Positions 1 to 12,198 of a stretch of 64,000 nucleotides of DNA are shown one piece after another. The notes beneath the pieces were generated by a model. It had not been told where the DNA came from and did not search any database. It saw only the letters and a list, made by a program, of their open reading frames with translations. Position 1 is the stretch's first letter. Each line of letters starts with the position of its first letter. This DNA comes from Euglena gracilis (lineage: Eukaryota), in contig CP154954.1 of the NCBI GenBank assembly GCA_039621445.1, positions 22,084,954 through 22,148,953 on the forward strand, in the 5' to 3' direction. The position numbers were made by a program, and so were the translations under genes.

Positions 1-73
1 GGGTGATGTTGAACGAATTTCGGACCTTTTCCAAGTGGTTGGTTCATTGTAACAAAGTATCCAAGATTTTGCA

Positions 74-2113
74 TTGAGTTTGGATGAGATTCCTGCAAAA
101 TCCCGCAACCCCCCGCACTTTGCCCCTGAAAACCGTGTTTTCGGTAGTCAAAATGCAACTTCCAGCTCACAACGCGCTTTTCGCACATCAACCGAAGCAT
201 CTTCGGATGCCCGACATCCAACTCGCGACTTTGTGCATCAAATTCGTGATTCGTTGGATGCCAATCCTTCCAAAAGCGCAATATGTGCACCCTTACAAGC
301 ATCTTCCGATGCGCATGCCCTACAAGCATCCACGGATGCACATGATCATGAACATGCCTACAATCGCGATTACAATCGCCCGTTTATACCACAACTTAAG
401 ATTCCCCCCCCTAAGGGTGAATCTTCGGATGATGAACCGGTTTTTACCACAAATACCGCGAATCATCCGGTTTACAACAAGAAATTCGCGAATCGGGACT
501 GATTCGCGGTATGAGCCATACCCCTACCCCAGGTATTGGCCATGGATCGCGAATGCGAAACACGGAATTCACCGCGGTTCCCCGATTTGCGGGTGAACAA
601 CGGGCTTCCTACCCCCCTGGTATGTTGCCACACCCCGAATCGCGGAATCGCGACCCTTTACAATCCGAATCGCGGTATCGCGAACCACAACCATACAATT
701 CGCGGAATTGCGATGTACCAAATACCCATGGTACCTACGGTACCATGAGTATCATTATGGATGCGTATTCGCGCATGCCACAACAACAACCTTACCCCAA
801 CAATTACGATGTAAATCGCGGTCTACAACGCGATTTAAAAGGTACAATCACAATTGCCAACAAGGTTAAGCCACAATGGGACGGAGATCCCACAACTTGG
901 GAACAATTTTGGCGCGACTGGACATACTACTGGGACTTGAAGGGTTCAACCCCAGACGGGAACCCTGAGGTAATCAAGATAGAATTCATTGATTGCCTCC
1001 CCAACGAAGAAAACGATCGTGCCCGACAACTTGTGATCCGGAATCGGATTATTTTTGATGAACTGGTTGACCAATATGCGTCAACTTGTTCAAGCCTAAT
1101 TTCGCGAATTACGCTGGAGAAAAAATGGCGGCAATTCGCGCCCAGTGACCGAAAATGGAAGTCAATCGACCTTTGGTATTCCAAATGGTTGGGATTGGCT
1201 TCTGAGGTTGATGAACTGGGAGAGAACCAAATGAAAGAACAATTCGATGCGGTTCTCCTCCACTTCATTCCTACAATTATCAAAGACATTCACCGTGAGG
1301 AACTCGCGGACAACAAACTTACACTTGAACAACGATGGAACTATGTTTCCAAACAAATGAAACTCTCACAACTTTTGGGACAGATACAATCGGCTTACAC
1401 CCACCACCCTACCGCTAGTCTCCCTAGCGGTACGGTAAGTGCCCTACAAAAGACTTCTTCTCCAAAATCCCCACGGGGATACGGTAAACATACAAACTCC
1501 CCAAAGGGAGATACAAAAACGCGCTATCCGCGCTCATCTGACCAATCCTCTGACAAAACTTGCTTTTTGTGCAACAAATCGGGACATACGTCCCGTGATT
1601 GCCCCCACCCTGATACGCGAAAGCGGTATCAGAGTCTAAGGGGTTCACAAACCTCCCGGAGCTCGCGCTCCTCCGGATATTCGCACAAATCTGGACAATC
1701 ACAATCGTCGGGTTATCGACAAAGGTCTTGATCACCGTTCCGCGACCGCGGACGCGATCGCGCACCTCCTGGTCGATCACCCCGACCCCCTTACAAACGT
1801 GATACAAATCGCGACTCATCGCGATCACGTTCGCGAAGTGGATCATCTTCTTCGCGATCGTCATCCGGGAAACCGGATTACAACAAGAACCGTGGTCGAA
1901 CGGGATTCCGTTCACCAAGACCTCCAAGGGGTAAAAGCCCATCACAAAACCGACAACAGTCACAAAACCGACAACAGTGTTCCCTTTGTGGATCACATAA
2001 CCACCATTCGTCCAAATGTTACCGTTCTCGCTCTCCCTGCCCGAACCAACGTCACCACAATGATACAAAACACAACAACAAACACAAGGTCGGGTTCAAA
2101 ATCTCCTCTTTAG
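74..2113 (+). pseudogene. gag: Gag of element A (main open segment 511-1731) with CCHC zinc knuckle and R/S-rich tail
   Basis: KPQWDGDPTTWEQFWRDW capsid-like start; CFLCNKSGHTSRDC knuckle; interrupted by stops at 502 and 1731. Confidence 0.8.
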
Positions 2114-2559
2114 AGGAGGGAACCCCGGCTTCGGGCAGGGAGGGGGATGAGAACTCCGAATCCTCGTTGGAGGACGACCGCAATGCGGTCCGCGCATTGC
2201 GCGCTATCTACTCACACAAGAAAACGATAAACAGCCGAAGTGCTGAATCGGACTTGGAGTAGGGGAGCCCGAGGTCTGTGGGCACGGACCTCTGGGCTGA
2301 TGAACAGACGGAAGTAGGACCTGATCAACCTTACTTTCCCTGCCCATTTGCCTTTTTGGTCGGTACCCGGAAAATTTTCGGGTCCCCCACCCCCCACTCC
2401 AAATTTCTGCCTGGAATGCTGAGCAAAGTAGGAACGGGATCCTGGAATAGTTGGAGAGACAACAACTTCACACCGGATCCTGCACTTTGCGTACCCCCCA
2501 TGGAACGTTTGGTCCAAGCGGAAATCTGAACACAAAATTTTTCCACCAAATGCAAAATT

Positions 2560-2880
2560 TTGGTCGACACAGGGTGTCGAATTCCCCTTCTCTTTCGAAC
2601 GGGATTAATTCACAACTCCCTCTTGGTGAAAGCCAAGTACCCCATCAAAATTATGACTGCTGACAACAGCCCCATGTGTGGTGGTGACTTGGGATGCTTT
2701 TTGGACATACTCCTCCCCATCATCGCCAAGCACCACTCACAGCCCCCACACATACAAAATTTTCTGGGTACCTGGAGTTACGAATCGGGTATTCGCGGCT
2801 CTGACGTAATTTTGGGTTTTCCGTTCTTGCGTCAGAACCGCCTTATTGTGGATTGCCCCTCCCTCGGTTTGCGCACTACT
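2560..2880 (+). pseudogene. Aspartic protease domain of element A
   Basis: LVDTGC catalytic motif, IMTADNS flap region, DVILGFPFL C-terminal motif. Confidence 0.85.
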
Positions 2881-3811
2881 TCACGCACACAACCCACACC
2901 ACCGAATTTCTCCCCCAAGACATCTTCCCAGATGTCCCCCCGCCTTGCCACAACGTTTTCTACAGCAGAAAAAACCGTTTACTACCCTAGGGGTAAAGAG
3001 AAAGCTGCCCCCCTGCCCACTACACTTTTACCGCACGTTTCCCATGCGGTAGGGAAAGCGAGTAGCCTAACCCCCCACGTTTCACTTGGTTTCAAGGCGA
3101 AAGCCCAAATGCCTGAAGAAAATTCGGTGTGGAGTAGCCGCCCAGCTGCACAACTTTTACGTTTTCCGCCAGGTGTGTCGATTTGGGACACCCCTGTACA
3201 CCCCCCCAGCAGCTACAACTTTCAACACCCCCATACACACACTACACATGACTGACATGCACTACCAGACCGACACCTCCTACCAATGCGCACATTGCCG
3301 GAGAATTTCCACACAACCTGATTTCGACTGTGGATGTATTGTTGAACCTTCCAAACTAATCGTTTTACACAACAACCAGAGTACACTTGGTACCGGAACC
3401 GGTACCGAGTTTACCCTGACCGCTGAACGAGAACACAACACACCGGGTTGTTACCCGTTGTGTGTCGAAGTACATCGACAATTGGACAAACGCGGAATCG
3501 CGTCCCTGTTCGGAATCACGAGAATCGCGCAGCGGGACCTCCAATGGCAGAAAGCCAACCTCTCTGACCCCGAATGGCAGAATGCCAGCCCCTCTAATGC
3601 CCCTGCATACAAGTGGCAGAATGCCAACGACAATCGTCCTCTACACAATACACCTGATACACCTGGTATAATGCCTGGTGAAGTGTCTTCGGACACAACG
3701 TATTACTGATGTGGCTCGGTAAACTGTGTTTCAGCCCTCCATAGGGCTGAAACCGCAACAGTTTTCGCGAACCGCATCTGGAATGCGTTCAATTTTGGAC
3801 AATACCGCATT

Positions 3812-4250
3812 TTGGAAACTTGGTTTTCCAAAATGGCACAAATCACGAAGTCGATGGACCTACAATTGGAGATTGACGCATTCTCGTCCAAAGCGCATTC
3901 TCGTTTATCCAATTACTGGTCAAGCCATACAAATGCGTTTGATAAGTTTTGGGGTGATGTGGTCCTGTGGCTACATCCTCCTCTGAAACGTATCCCTCTT
4001 GTTGTTGACAAGATCCTTCGGGATCAAGCACGCGGTGTGCTGCTCATTCCTATAAATCCCGAAGCGGAATGGTTCCAACAACTGACGTATGTCACTTTTC
4101 AGTGGTGGGATTTACCGAATGACACCCCTTTGTTTGAATATTTTTGCGGTGTCATGTTACCACCATTGAAAGAAATCATTTTTCGTGTTTGTTTCTTTGA
4201 TGCATTCGGAACTGTTGACCACACTGACAAATTCCTACGGGATGAAGGTC
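3812..4250 (+). pseudogene. Dam-like N6-adenine DNA methyltransferase domain inside pol, between PR and RT
   Basis: IDAFSSKAHSRLSNYWS...NAFDKFWGDVVLWLHPP...VVDKILRDQARGVLLIP...AEWF follows the phage-Dam/DIRS MT layout; motif IV reads HPPL rather than NPPx. Confidence 0.75.
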
Positions 4251-4299
4251 AGAATGACCAAATATACCAACTATCCGCAGTGATAGAAAGCGGTGGTCA

Positions 4300-5153
4300 A
4301 CATCCCAAATCACAAGAACTATGTACAAAGATCAATCGCGAATTCAGTGATGTTTTAGAACAACCCATCTATGCCCATGACGTAGATCCTGCAATTTGCG
4401 GACCTTTTGGTGTCTGAAAAATCGAACTCAAAGAAGGTGGACAGCCCATGCACCGAAAATTCTTTCGCTGTTCAGGCGAAAGAGAACAAGCTCTCAATAC
4501 AATGATCGAAAAACTGATTGAACGAAAATGGATCATACCCTCCAAAAGCGAGTGGACCTCACAAGCTTTTGTTGTACCCAAGCCTCCCGATGCTTCTGGA
4601 GAGAAGAAGTAGAGACTTGTGCTGGATTACCGTTACTTGAACTCAGAGACAAAAGACGATCCATTTCCGTTACCACTTATCGAGGACCTGATTACAAAAC
4701 AAGCGGAAAACCGACTTTGGTCGATTTTCGACTTAGAGGATGGTTTTCACCAGATGCACTTACACCCTGACTCACAACCATACACCGCATTTGTAACCTC
4801 CCGCGGAGTTTACCAGTGGACGGTGTTACCAATGGGTGTTAAGAATGGCCCAGCCATGTTCCAAAGAATGATACAATGTATTTTACGAGACTTACCGTTT
4901 GCAATGGTATACATTGATGACGTGCTGATTGGCACACCTCCTCCACTTACAAATTCGGGTAGAGATATCCTTGATATTCACTACCGCGATATACGTTCCG
5001 TACTGACAACGTTTCACAAGCATTTGCTTTTCGTCAAAGGTGCAAAAATGCATTTGTTTCGCGAAACGATAAAATATTGTGGACACATTCTTAATAACGG
5101 ACAACGGAGAGCATCTCCAAGCAAACTCGAAGCTATAAAGAAGTGGACACCTG
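4300..5153 (+). pseudogene. Reverse transcriptase of element A, cut off at WTPE
   Basis: LDYRYLN, FDLEDGFHQ, LPMGVKNGPAMFQR, YIDDVLI, YCGH; stops at 4417 and about 4612. Confidence 0.95.
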
Positions 5154-5665
5154 AAAAGCGCGTAGTCGCTATACATTTACAAAAACAAAAACAATTCTAA
5201 CAAGATTACAAATCACAGATATACAACCCAGGTGACCGCGTGTGGGTTCGGAACAGCAGAACCCGCATGCAATCCACGAAGTTGGACCCCCTCTGGATTG
5301 AACCATGTGAGATCCTCGATCGGTTGGGTACAAGTGGGCGTTACAAAGTCGCTTTACCCAACGGGGTTGAGGATGTGCACATGGATGACTTCAAACCATA
5401 CCTGACTCCACCAAACGGTAAAGCAATACCCTGCCTCTACTTTAAACCACGGTCAAAACTGCCCGAAACAGGTGATTTTGTCGTTGACAAAATCCTCGAC
5501 CACAAGGTAGACAGGGGTATACATTACTGGAAGGTGAGGTGGAAAGGCTATGGTCCCGAAGAGGACACCTGGGAACCAGCAACTAGTTTTGTTGGTTACA
5601 TCCAACAAGACTGGAAGCTATGGAACAAACGAAACAACATTGACATTTCTGTAAATACCTTCTAA
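5154..5665 (+). pseudogene. Integrase C-terminus and chromodomain (duplicated copy)
   Basis: PGDRVWV...[16 protein letters not shown]...[18 protein letters not shown]. Confidence 0.9.
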
Positions 5666-5964
5666 GGGAGGATATACAAAGATGTCCAAGATTTTGTCCA
5701 TAGCATGGACTTTTGACAACATGTATAATGGACGGATGCCAAACCATTTTGTCCCTAGCGAAGGACTTTTCGCTAAAGGACTACGGTCCTATACAACCCA
5801 TTTTTACACTTGGAGCTACAATTTTGATTTTACAATTATTGCAAACATACAAATATTTTTGTGTTTGTGTACACTTGGTTGCATGCGTACAATGTTACCG
5901 TACAATGCCTTATTTCTCTGTTTCCCCACAGCTCAGCACTTGCTACTATCTGCTTTTTTTCCAG

Positions 5965-8900
5965 ATGGATGCTGGAGGAATGGGACCTGGTCCCCCATCC
6001 TCCCAACCGTATGTTCCCCCTGGACAACCTCCTACGGGAGGACCCCCTCACCCACAACCTCCTTCGGGAGGACGAGGACTTGCACTCCCTTGCGGAGGGC
6101 AAGTCGCCGTTCGGCATGTACAAGCTGCTCCGGCAGCAGGGCCCGTAGTGGCAAATCCCCCTGTGACTCAACATGCGGTTCCGCATGTTGCTCCAGAGCA
6201 AACGACACTTGGTGGCTTACAATCTTGACCTATGATTCCACAACAAACGGAATCTGCCTATGAACAGTTTGCGGTGCCGCAACCGCGGCCCCCGAGGAGA
6301 TACGATCTGGCTAGTAGCAGTAGCCAACGCGCTGCTTTTGCGGCGGTAGAACAACAATATATCCAATCTGAACAACGACAATGGGCTGAACAACTACGTA
6401 GTCATTATTACCCCGCACAACCTCCACAAGGGCAGTATGCCGCACAACCACCACAAGGGCAGTATGCCACACAACCAGAACCTCCACAAAGGCAGTATGC
6501 CGCTCCCGTTATGCCTCGGTTCCCCAAGAACATGGGTGAACTGACAACGGCATCAACAGATACAATTCGTGACGCTCTGCGCATGTGCGCAGAGGACAGA
6601 TCGGATCCCTTCATCCGAGTGATGTGGGATTCGTACTGCCGACAATTGCTTGCAATCGCCAACAAGCCTATCGCCACCTGGGGCATGTGGTCCCAGAGTA
6701 CGATAGCTGGTAGAATCTTCTTCCAATCCGGAGAATCCGGATTTCCAGACAACGTAACCCTCAGGGACCTGGGAGTCCTGGTCCCGCCTGAGCTCCGCGG
6801 AGTGCACCCAGTGGGTGCTTACGCGGAACACATGCGCCGCTATACTCCTGAACTCACAGAAAGTGAGATGGGTGATGTCCAAATGCAAGAACCAATATAC
6901 TTACCACAACAACGTTTTTCCTCTCCCGCACGCATGCCACCTGCCAGGAACTGGGAGGTTGGTATGCCATCACAATAGGCTATGCAGGCCGAAGAGCCAT
7001 ACGATGAAAACTATACCGACGAGATGGCCGAAGAGCCTTATGACGAGTATACAACGGCAGAACCAGAACCGGAGTATACCACGGAAACAGACGAATCACC
7101 TCAACCAGCCGCCAAACCACTACAACCCGTACAAACTCAACCATCGGTACAATCTCAACCGCAACCACCGACAACCCCCGCCGTACCGCTGCCGGAACCG
7201 ACAGCGATACGGGTTGTCGGAGAAAACCCCCTGCGTCCCGTAGTGGACAATATTCACTATGAACGAGTACCACAATCTGCGGTTTTCGCTTACACAACCA
7301 AGGGCGAACAATACCTTCCCCTTGACAAAATTTACGAACTTTGATCCCATTTGGGAGCCATCAACGTAAAAGGAGTGATAATGGATGGCATTGGTCCAAA
7401 CTCCAAAATTTTGGGTATACCCACCTGGGCACTACCCGAAGTTTTGCGTTTGAATGCACCACCACATCCACCTGGTCCAATGGAACAACTCGCTTCGGTG
7501 TCGAACCTTGTGCCGCCAGTAGCTCAACCTACTCCCGCGCCACAAACAAAACCGGTACAAGCAGTTTCCACTGCACAGTCAACATCTACTCCGCCTGCCG
7601 CATCAGCAGCAGGTTCAAACCAACCTGTACCTTTACAAAGAACAGGACCCCCTGCTCAAGCCGCGCAGTCGGCACGTGCAAATGCACCCGCACAATCTAC
7701 AATTCCTGTTCGAGCACCTCCTGTTACAACCGTTTCACAACCGACACCTTCACAACCGGCTTCGGCTGGACAGACACAACCACCTGTTGAACCGGGACAA
7801 CCTTTCTCGGGTCAACCCAGGTTTGAGTCGCCAGCACAACGCGCCACGTACAAGGAAGCTCTACAACATTTGACGGCCCCAGCAAAACCTTACAATGTTG
7901 ACGCGCGCAAACGTCCGCGTGGACCGGAGTTTGCAACACCACCACAAACACGTCCAACACCAGACACACAACGTCGTCGTTTGGACGATGCCCCACAAAG
8001 CACGCAGTCGCAACGGGATCGTCAGGAAAGTGATGACCTGCCGATCCCGCCCAACGTACAACGATCTTTATACGAAATGTATCACCAACTGCGTCCAGAC
8101 AAACCGTCCGTTGACATTGCTGGACATTACACCGCTGGTGTAACCGTTACAATGTGGAGAAAAACACGAGCATTCCGGAAAGACGGTGCATACCGTTGGA
8201 ATGAACAAGAGCGCGAAGCCGCAAAAAGACAGAAAGGCCAGAAAGGCAAAGGAAAGAGCGAAGGCTCACAAACGGGTTACGACCTGGACGTACAATTCAT
8301 GATTGACCATCTGTTCTAGATCTCAGACGGATGTGATACAATCATGCACGAGTACTATGAGGAACAACACCCTTCGGTTGTTGCTCCTGAAGTACATCAC
8401 AACATGGTCAAACTCTACAAGGAAAAAGCCCGTGGCTTTTTCTTCGACGGTACAATTTCCTGTAGGATGGCATCGACAATTTGCTGGGTTTCTGGCAACT
8501 ACTTTTCTGGCTCGGATTTCATTGCATGAACTTCGGTTCATTTGCAATGCCCGCCAGCAAAGCGCACTACTTGCCACATCCAAAGCTACAATACGGATGG
8601 GAATCGTCCTTTGATGCACTGAAGACAATGTTCGACAATATCCGAGAAATCGGACCACAAGGCATACAATGGGAAGTATTCCCACTTCCAAAGGATATAC
8701 AATTGGTGACACACGAAATGTTCTGTTACAATTACCAAATTTTCCTCAACGAACACTAGGGCCCCCACTTCCAAGTGGTCGGAATCGACCTGACATACCA
8801 ACAAAAATTCGTCGTTTGGTGCACCCACTGCCTCCACAAGTTCCCGGTGGACTTCTGGGGTTTTGGCGTGCGCGGTCGGACAACCGACCGCCCAAACGCA

Positions 8901-11900
8901 CAAAGGGCGCAGCCCCACCAACGCGAATGGGTGGAGGCCCAACAACAACGAAGACTGCTTGGACACATCTGCCACAATCCCCTCGAAGTCAGGGAAATCG
9001 GATACGCCAGACGAAACCACCGACAAATGCTTCTGCACATGCAGACGTTCCAATGGAGAGCATGGGTGTCCTATGCTCTGGAAATCTACAATTTATTCAA
9101 CCCAAAAAAACTACTCCCACAAGAATACCTCCCTCTTCGACCTGAATGGGACGAAGACGGAAAACGGAGTACATTAAACGCCTATTTGGCGAAACCCTCC
9201 GAAGAGAGGACTTTGCCCCATTTTTCAAGGGCAAACGTACAAATAAGGATGGGTTGGCCATCCCAATACTGGACTGGCTTCCTCGCGGATCGGGAGGAAA
9301 CAAATTTGTCGGATGGCAAAACTTCCGTCTGCGACCACGTATAAAACTCCCTGAACCCCAGCCGGCGCAGTCCGAAGCAGCGCAGTCTGCAGTTGAACAA
9401 CCTCCAACGGCTGCATCATCTACAACGACAACAGCCAAAGCAGCAGCGAAACCTGCAACCAAACGGTCGGAAGAACGTTTGCCACAACCTCCACCTTCAC
9501 CTACAATGTCTGTGGAACACACTCCCGTACATTCTTCAGACTCTTCGTCCGTTTCCTCCTCTGGGTCATCCAGCGATGCGGAAATGGAAGAACGGACAGA
9601 CCATGAACACAGTACACGATCCGTCTCCTCCGAATCTGTGGAGTCTGAACCCGAAGATGCCGGCGTACAACATGCTCTAAGGGCCGAAGGGCCAGCTACA
9701 ACGCCTGCTCAAACACGGCCACAAACACCATTGCCAGACGCGGAACCTGACGCGCCTACATAATTTGCAATGGCCGAAGTGCCTGCAGACTCCATAACGG
9801 CCGCAGCGCCTTCGGCAGACGTGGTTCCACCTACTCCCACACATGCGGAAGCTGGACAGGAAGCAACTGATGCTGAGATACTCGCATTTCGCGAACTGAT
9901 CACAAGACAACAACGGTAAGGTATCGAAAGATACCAAGACCCCGACGACTTTATACTCATACCACCACAAGTTGGACGTGCTGCCAAACGCGTCCTCGGA
10001 AGCGTCCGAAGTGGCGTGGCCTCGATGGTTGCAATGGTGCGATCGAGGTCTTCTTCTTCAACGCGAAGTCCCCGTACACGGGACTTGGAGAGAAACCCAC
10101 ACCAGAAGCTACGGCTTCCACCACAGCACCGGCAGCAGACGCGGCCAGTTCTACTCCCGATGTCCAAACACCAGAAGTGGTGACAACCACGGCATCGACT
10201 ACGGTCGAAACAACACCACCACATGATATAACACCCGTAGTGGTACACACACCTGAACAGGTGGTACCGACGGTTCCTGACGTACCACCTACCACCACAC
10301 CAACGGTCAAACCTGCTCCAAAGTCGCCTGCAGAACGCCTCCTTCCGCCACAGCGGAAAGAGAAAGGCAGTAAGCCTAAGGCTAAACCACAGCCTGCAGA
10401 ACTGTGCAAACCTGCTGAACGACACAACGAACCAAAACCACCTCCACCTGGGAGTGGTAGCAAATCAGGAAAGCGGGAGAAGACCCCAGCTGCTACCATA
10501 CCAGCACCAACATATACCGAAGTGGCCGGGAAAAGCCGGGTCACTTCTACCCTCCGAGGTAGAACTCGACAAGATACAACGTCTGAGACCTCGCAAGAGG
10601 AAAACATGCCGGTTGACGATAATGCCACCCTTTGGCAAGAGGACATTATCTCCAACCTGCCGAGCGTCGAAGAACGCATTGCCATGATACTATCAGCCCG
10701 CGAACGCGGAATTTTGCTGAACAAGTGGATTGAACCACTCTTCTTCATCGACCAGAAGCATAACTATTATGTTCGCCATATTTGGCGATTCTACAATGCC
10801 AGATCACCAAGAGTGTTTGCCCAATACCTTGGGGAAACATTCCTGTTTGACAATAGGCCGAATGGTCAAACAACTTGGCTCTGTACTGTCTGTCACAACA
10901 TTCGTAACAGCATGCCAGCTGTGCATGTCTGTTATGCTGACAACAAACGGAAAAATTTTCACCACAACGAGTTCGTTCCAAATACAGCCGCTTTGATTTG
11001 CGGTGATTGCATCCTTCCCTGGAGGAAACTGAACAACTTCCGGTGGTCGGAAGAAGACAGAGACCGTCACGTACCAGTTTTCTGTGTCAACTGCCTACGG
11101 GCAGACATATGGTTGCCCGCAGATGGCGGAAATCTCAAGATCGTACCCGGAAGCGAGGACGTTCTGGAAGATTTCCTGAATTTCTACAAAACAAAACGAC
11201 AAATGTACCAACACAAAAGTTTCAAGAAAGCTGAGGCTTTTGACCGCGGCGGAATCGCCTTTGACTTCCAAACTGATTCTGGCGGAATCAGACTTGCTCT
11301 GGAATGTACAAAAGCGCGATTGCCCCTACTCTTCAATGATGATGACTGGAAACGAGTCATTTACCCAATGTTTACAAAGCCTTCAACGGTTTCGGAAACC
11401 ACACAACGATGGTTATTGCCTGACTATTATATATAATACATATAATATATTATTGGTGGAGGAGAGATGGGAGAGATTAGAGTGTCGAGAGATAGAGAGA
11501 GATAGCGATAGGAGCGGAGATGATATATACATATACATATATATATATATACATATATATTATATGTATATACATATATATGTATACATATATATGTATA
11601 CATATATATATAATCCACCTGAACGACATGATTACGAACATTATTCAGAATGGGTTGGAACCATTCTGAAACCACACATAACCCGCTGTGCCTGTGCATC
11701 CCGCGCGCACAACGTTGATTTCAACGCTCTGCCTGGGATGCCACCACAGGTACCAGCAAACCATCCAAGATGGAACTATTACCTATGGCCTGCAACTTTT
11801 CCGAGAGTTTTCTGGGAAAATTTGCAGTTTTACCTCCACAAGCGAGCTGAAACGCTCAAAACCGAACTGCCCAAGGAAATACAAGAAATCAAAAGTTGGG

Positions 11901-12197
11901 TGATCCCACGGATCAACATGGATGATCCTGACAAGGATACCCTAGACTTACGTCCAACTGAAATGACCTTGGTACAAGACCCACACATGGGTGAGTACTT
12001 CAAGAAAACCCACAAACGTTGAGGGTTTTCTGCCTCGTACAAGCAGCTACGGCTGAACTGGGCGTAGTCCCACATAACGAGCGAAGTCTCGAGCGTGAAT
12101 ACGCACTTCACCATCGCGTTCAACACCGCTTCAAGACACAATGGCGGAATCGCCTTAAGTTCGGTCGATAACACGTTGATCGCGAAGATTCAAGACT
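5965..12197 (+). pseudogene. Accessory coding region of element A, copy 1 (P/Q/T-rich spacers, Cys-motif globular domains)
   Basis: Chain of same-strand ORFs; several stops are sense codons in copy 2. Confidence 0.7.
11428..11612. repeat. (TA)n-rich low-complexity tract interrupting the accessory ORF
   Basis: Splits PDYY/NPPERH; equivalent tract at 20277-20394. Confidence 0.85.
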
Positions 12198-12198
12198 T

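Larger units (their letters stand above)
5154..12197 (+). repeat. Copy 1 of a ~7 kb direct duplication (copy 2 at 13985-20979)
   Basis: Both copies start aaaagcgcgtagtcgct and end gcgaagattcaagact; colinear, with scattered substitutions and small indels. Confidence 0.97.

Noticed and set aside
5965-12197. Stop-codon reassignment to explain in-frame TGA/TAG/TAA
   Set aside because: Several stops are sense codons in the duplicate (tga/cga at 6226, tag/tgg at 8317, tag/tac near 8757, taa/gaa near 9917), and host genes end in normal TAG/TGA. This is decay.
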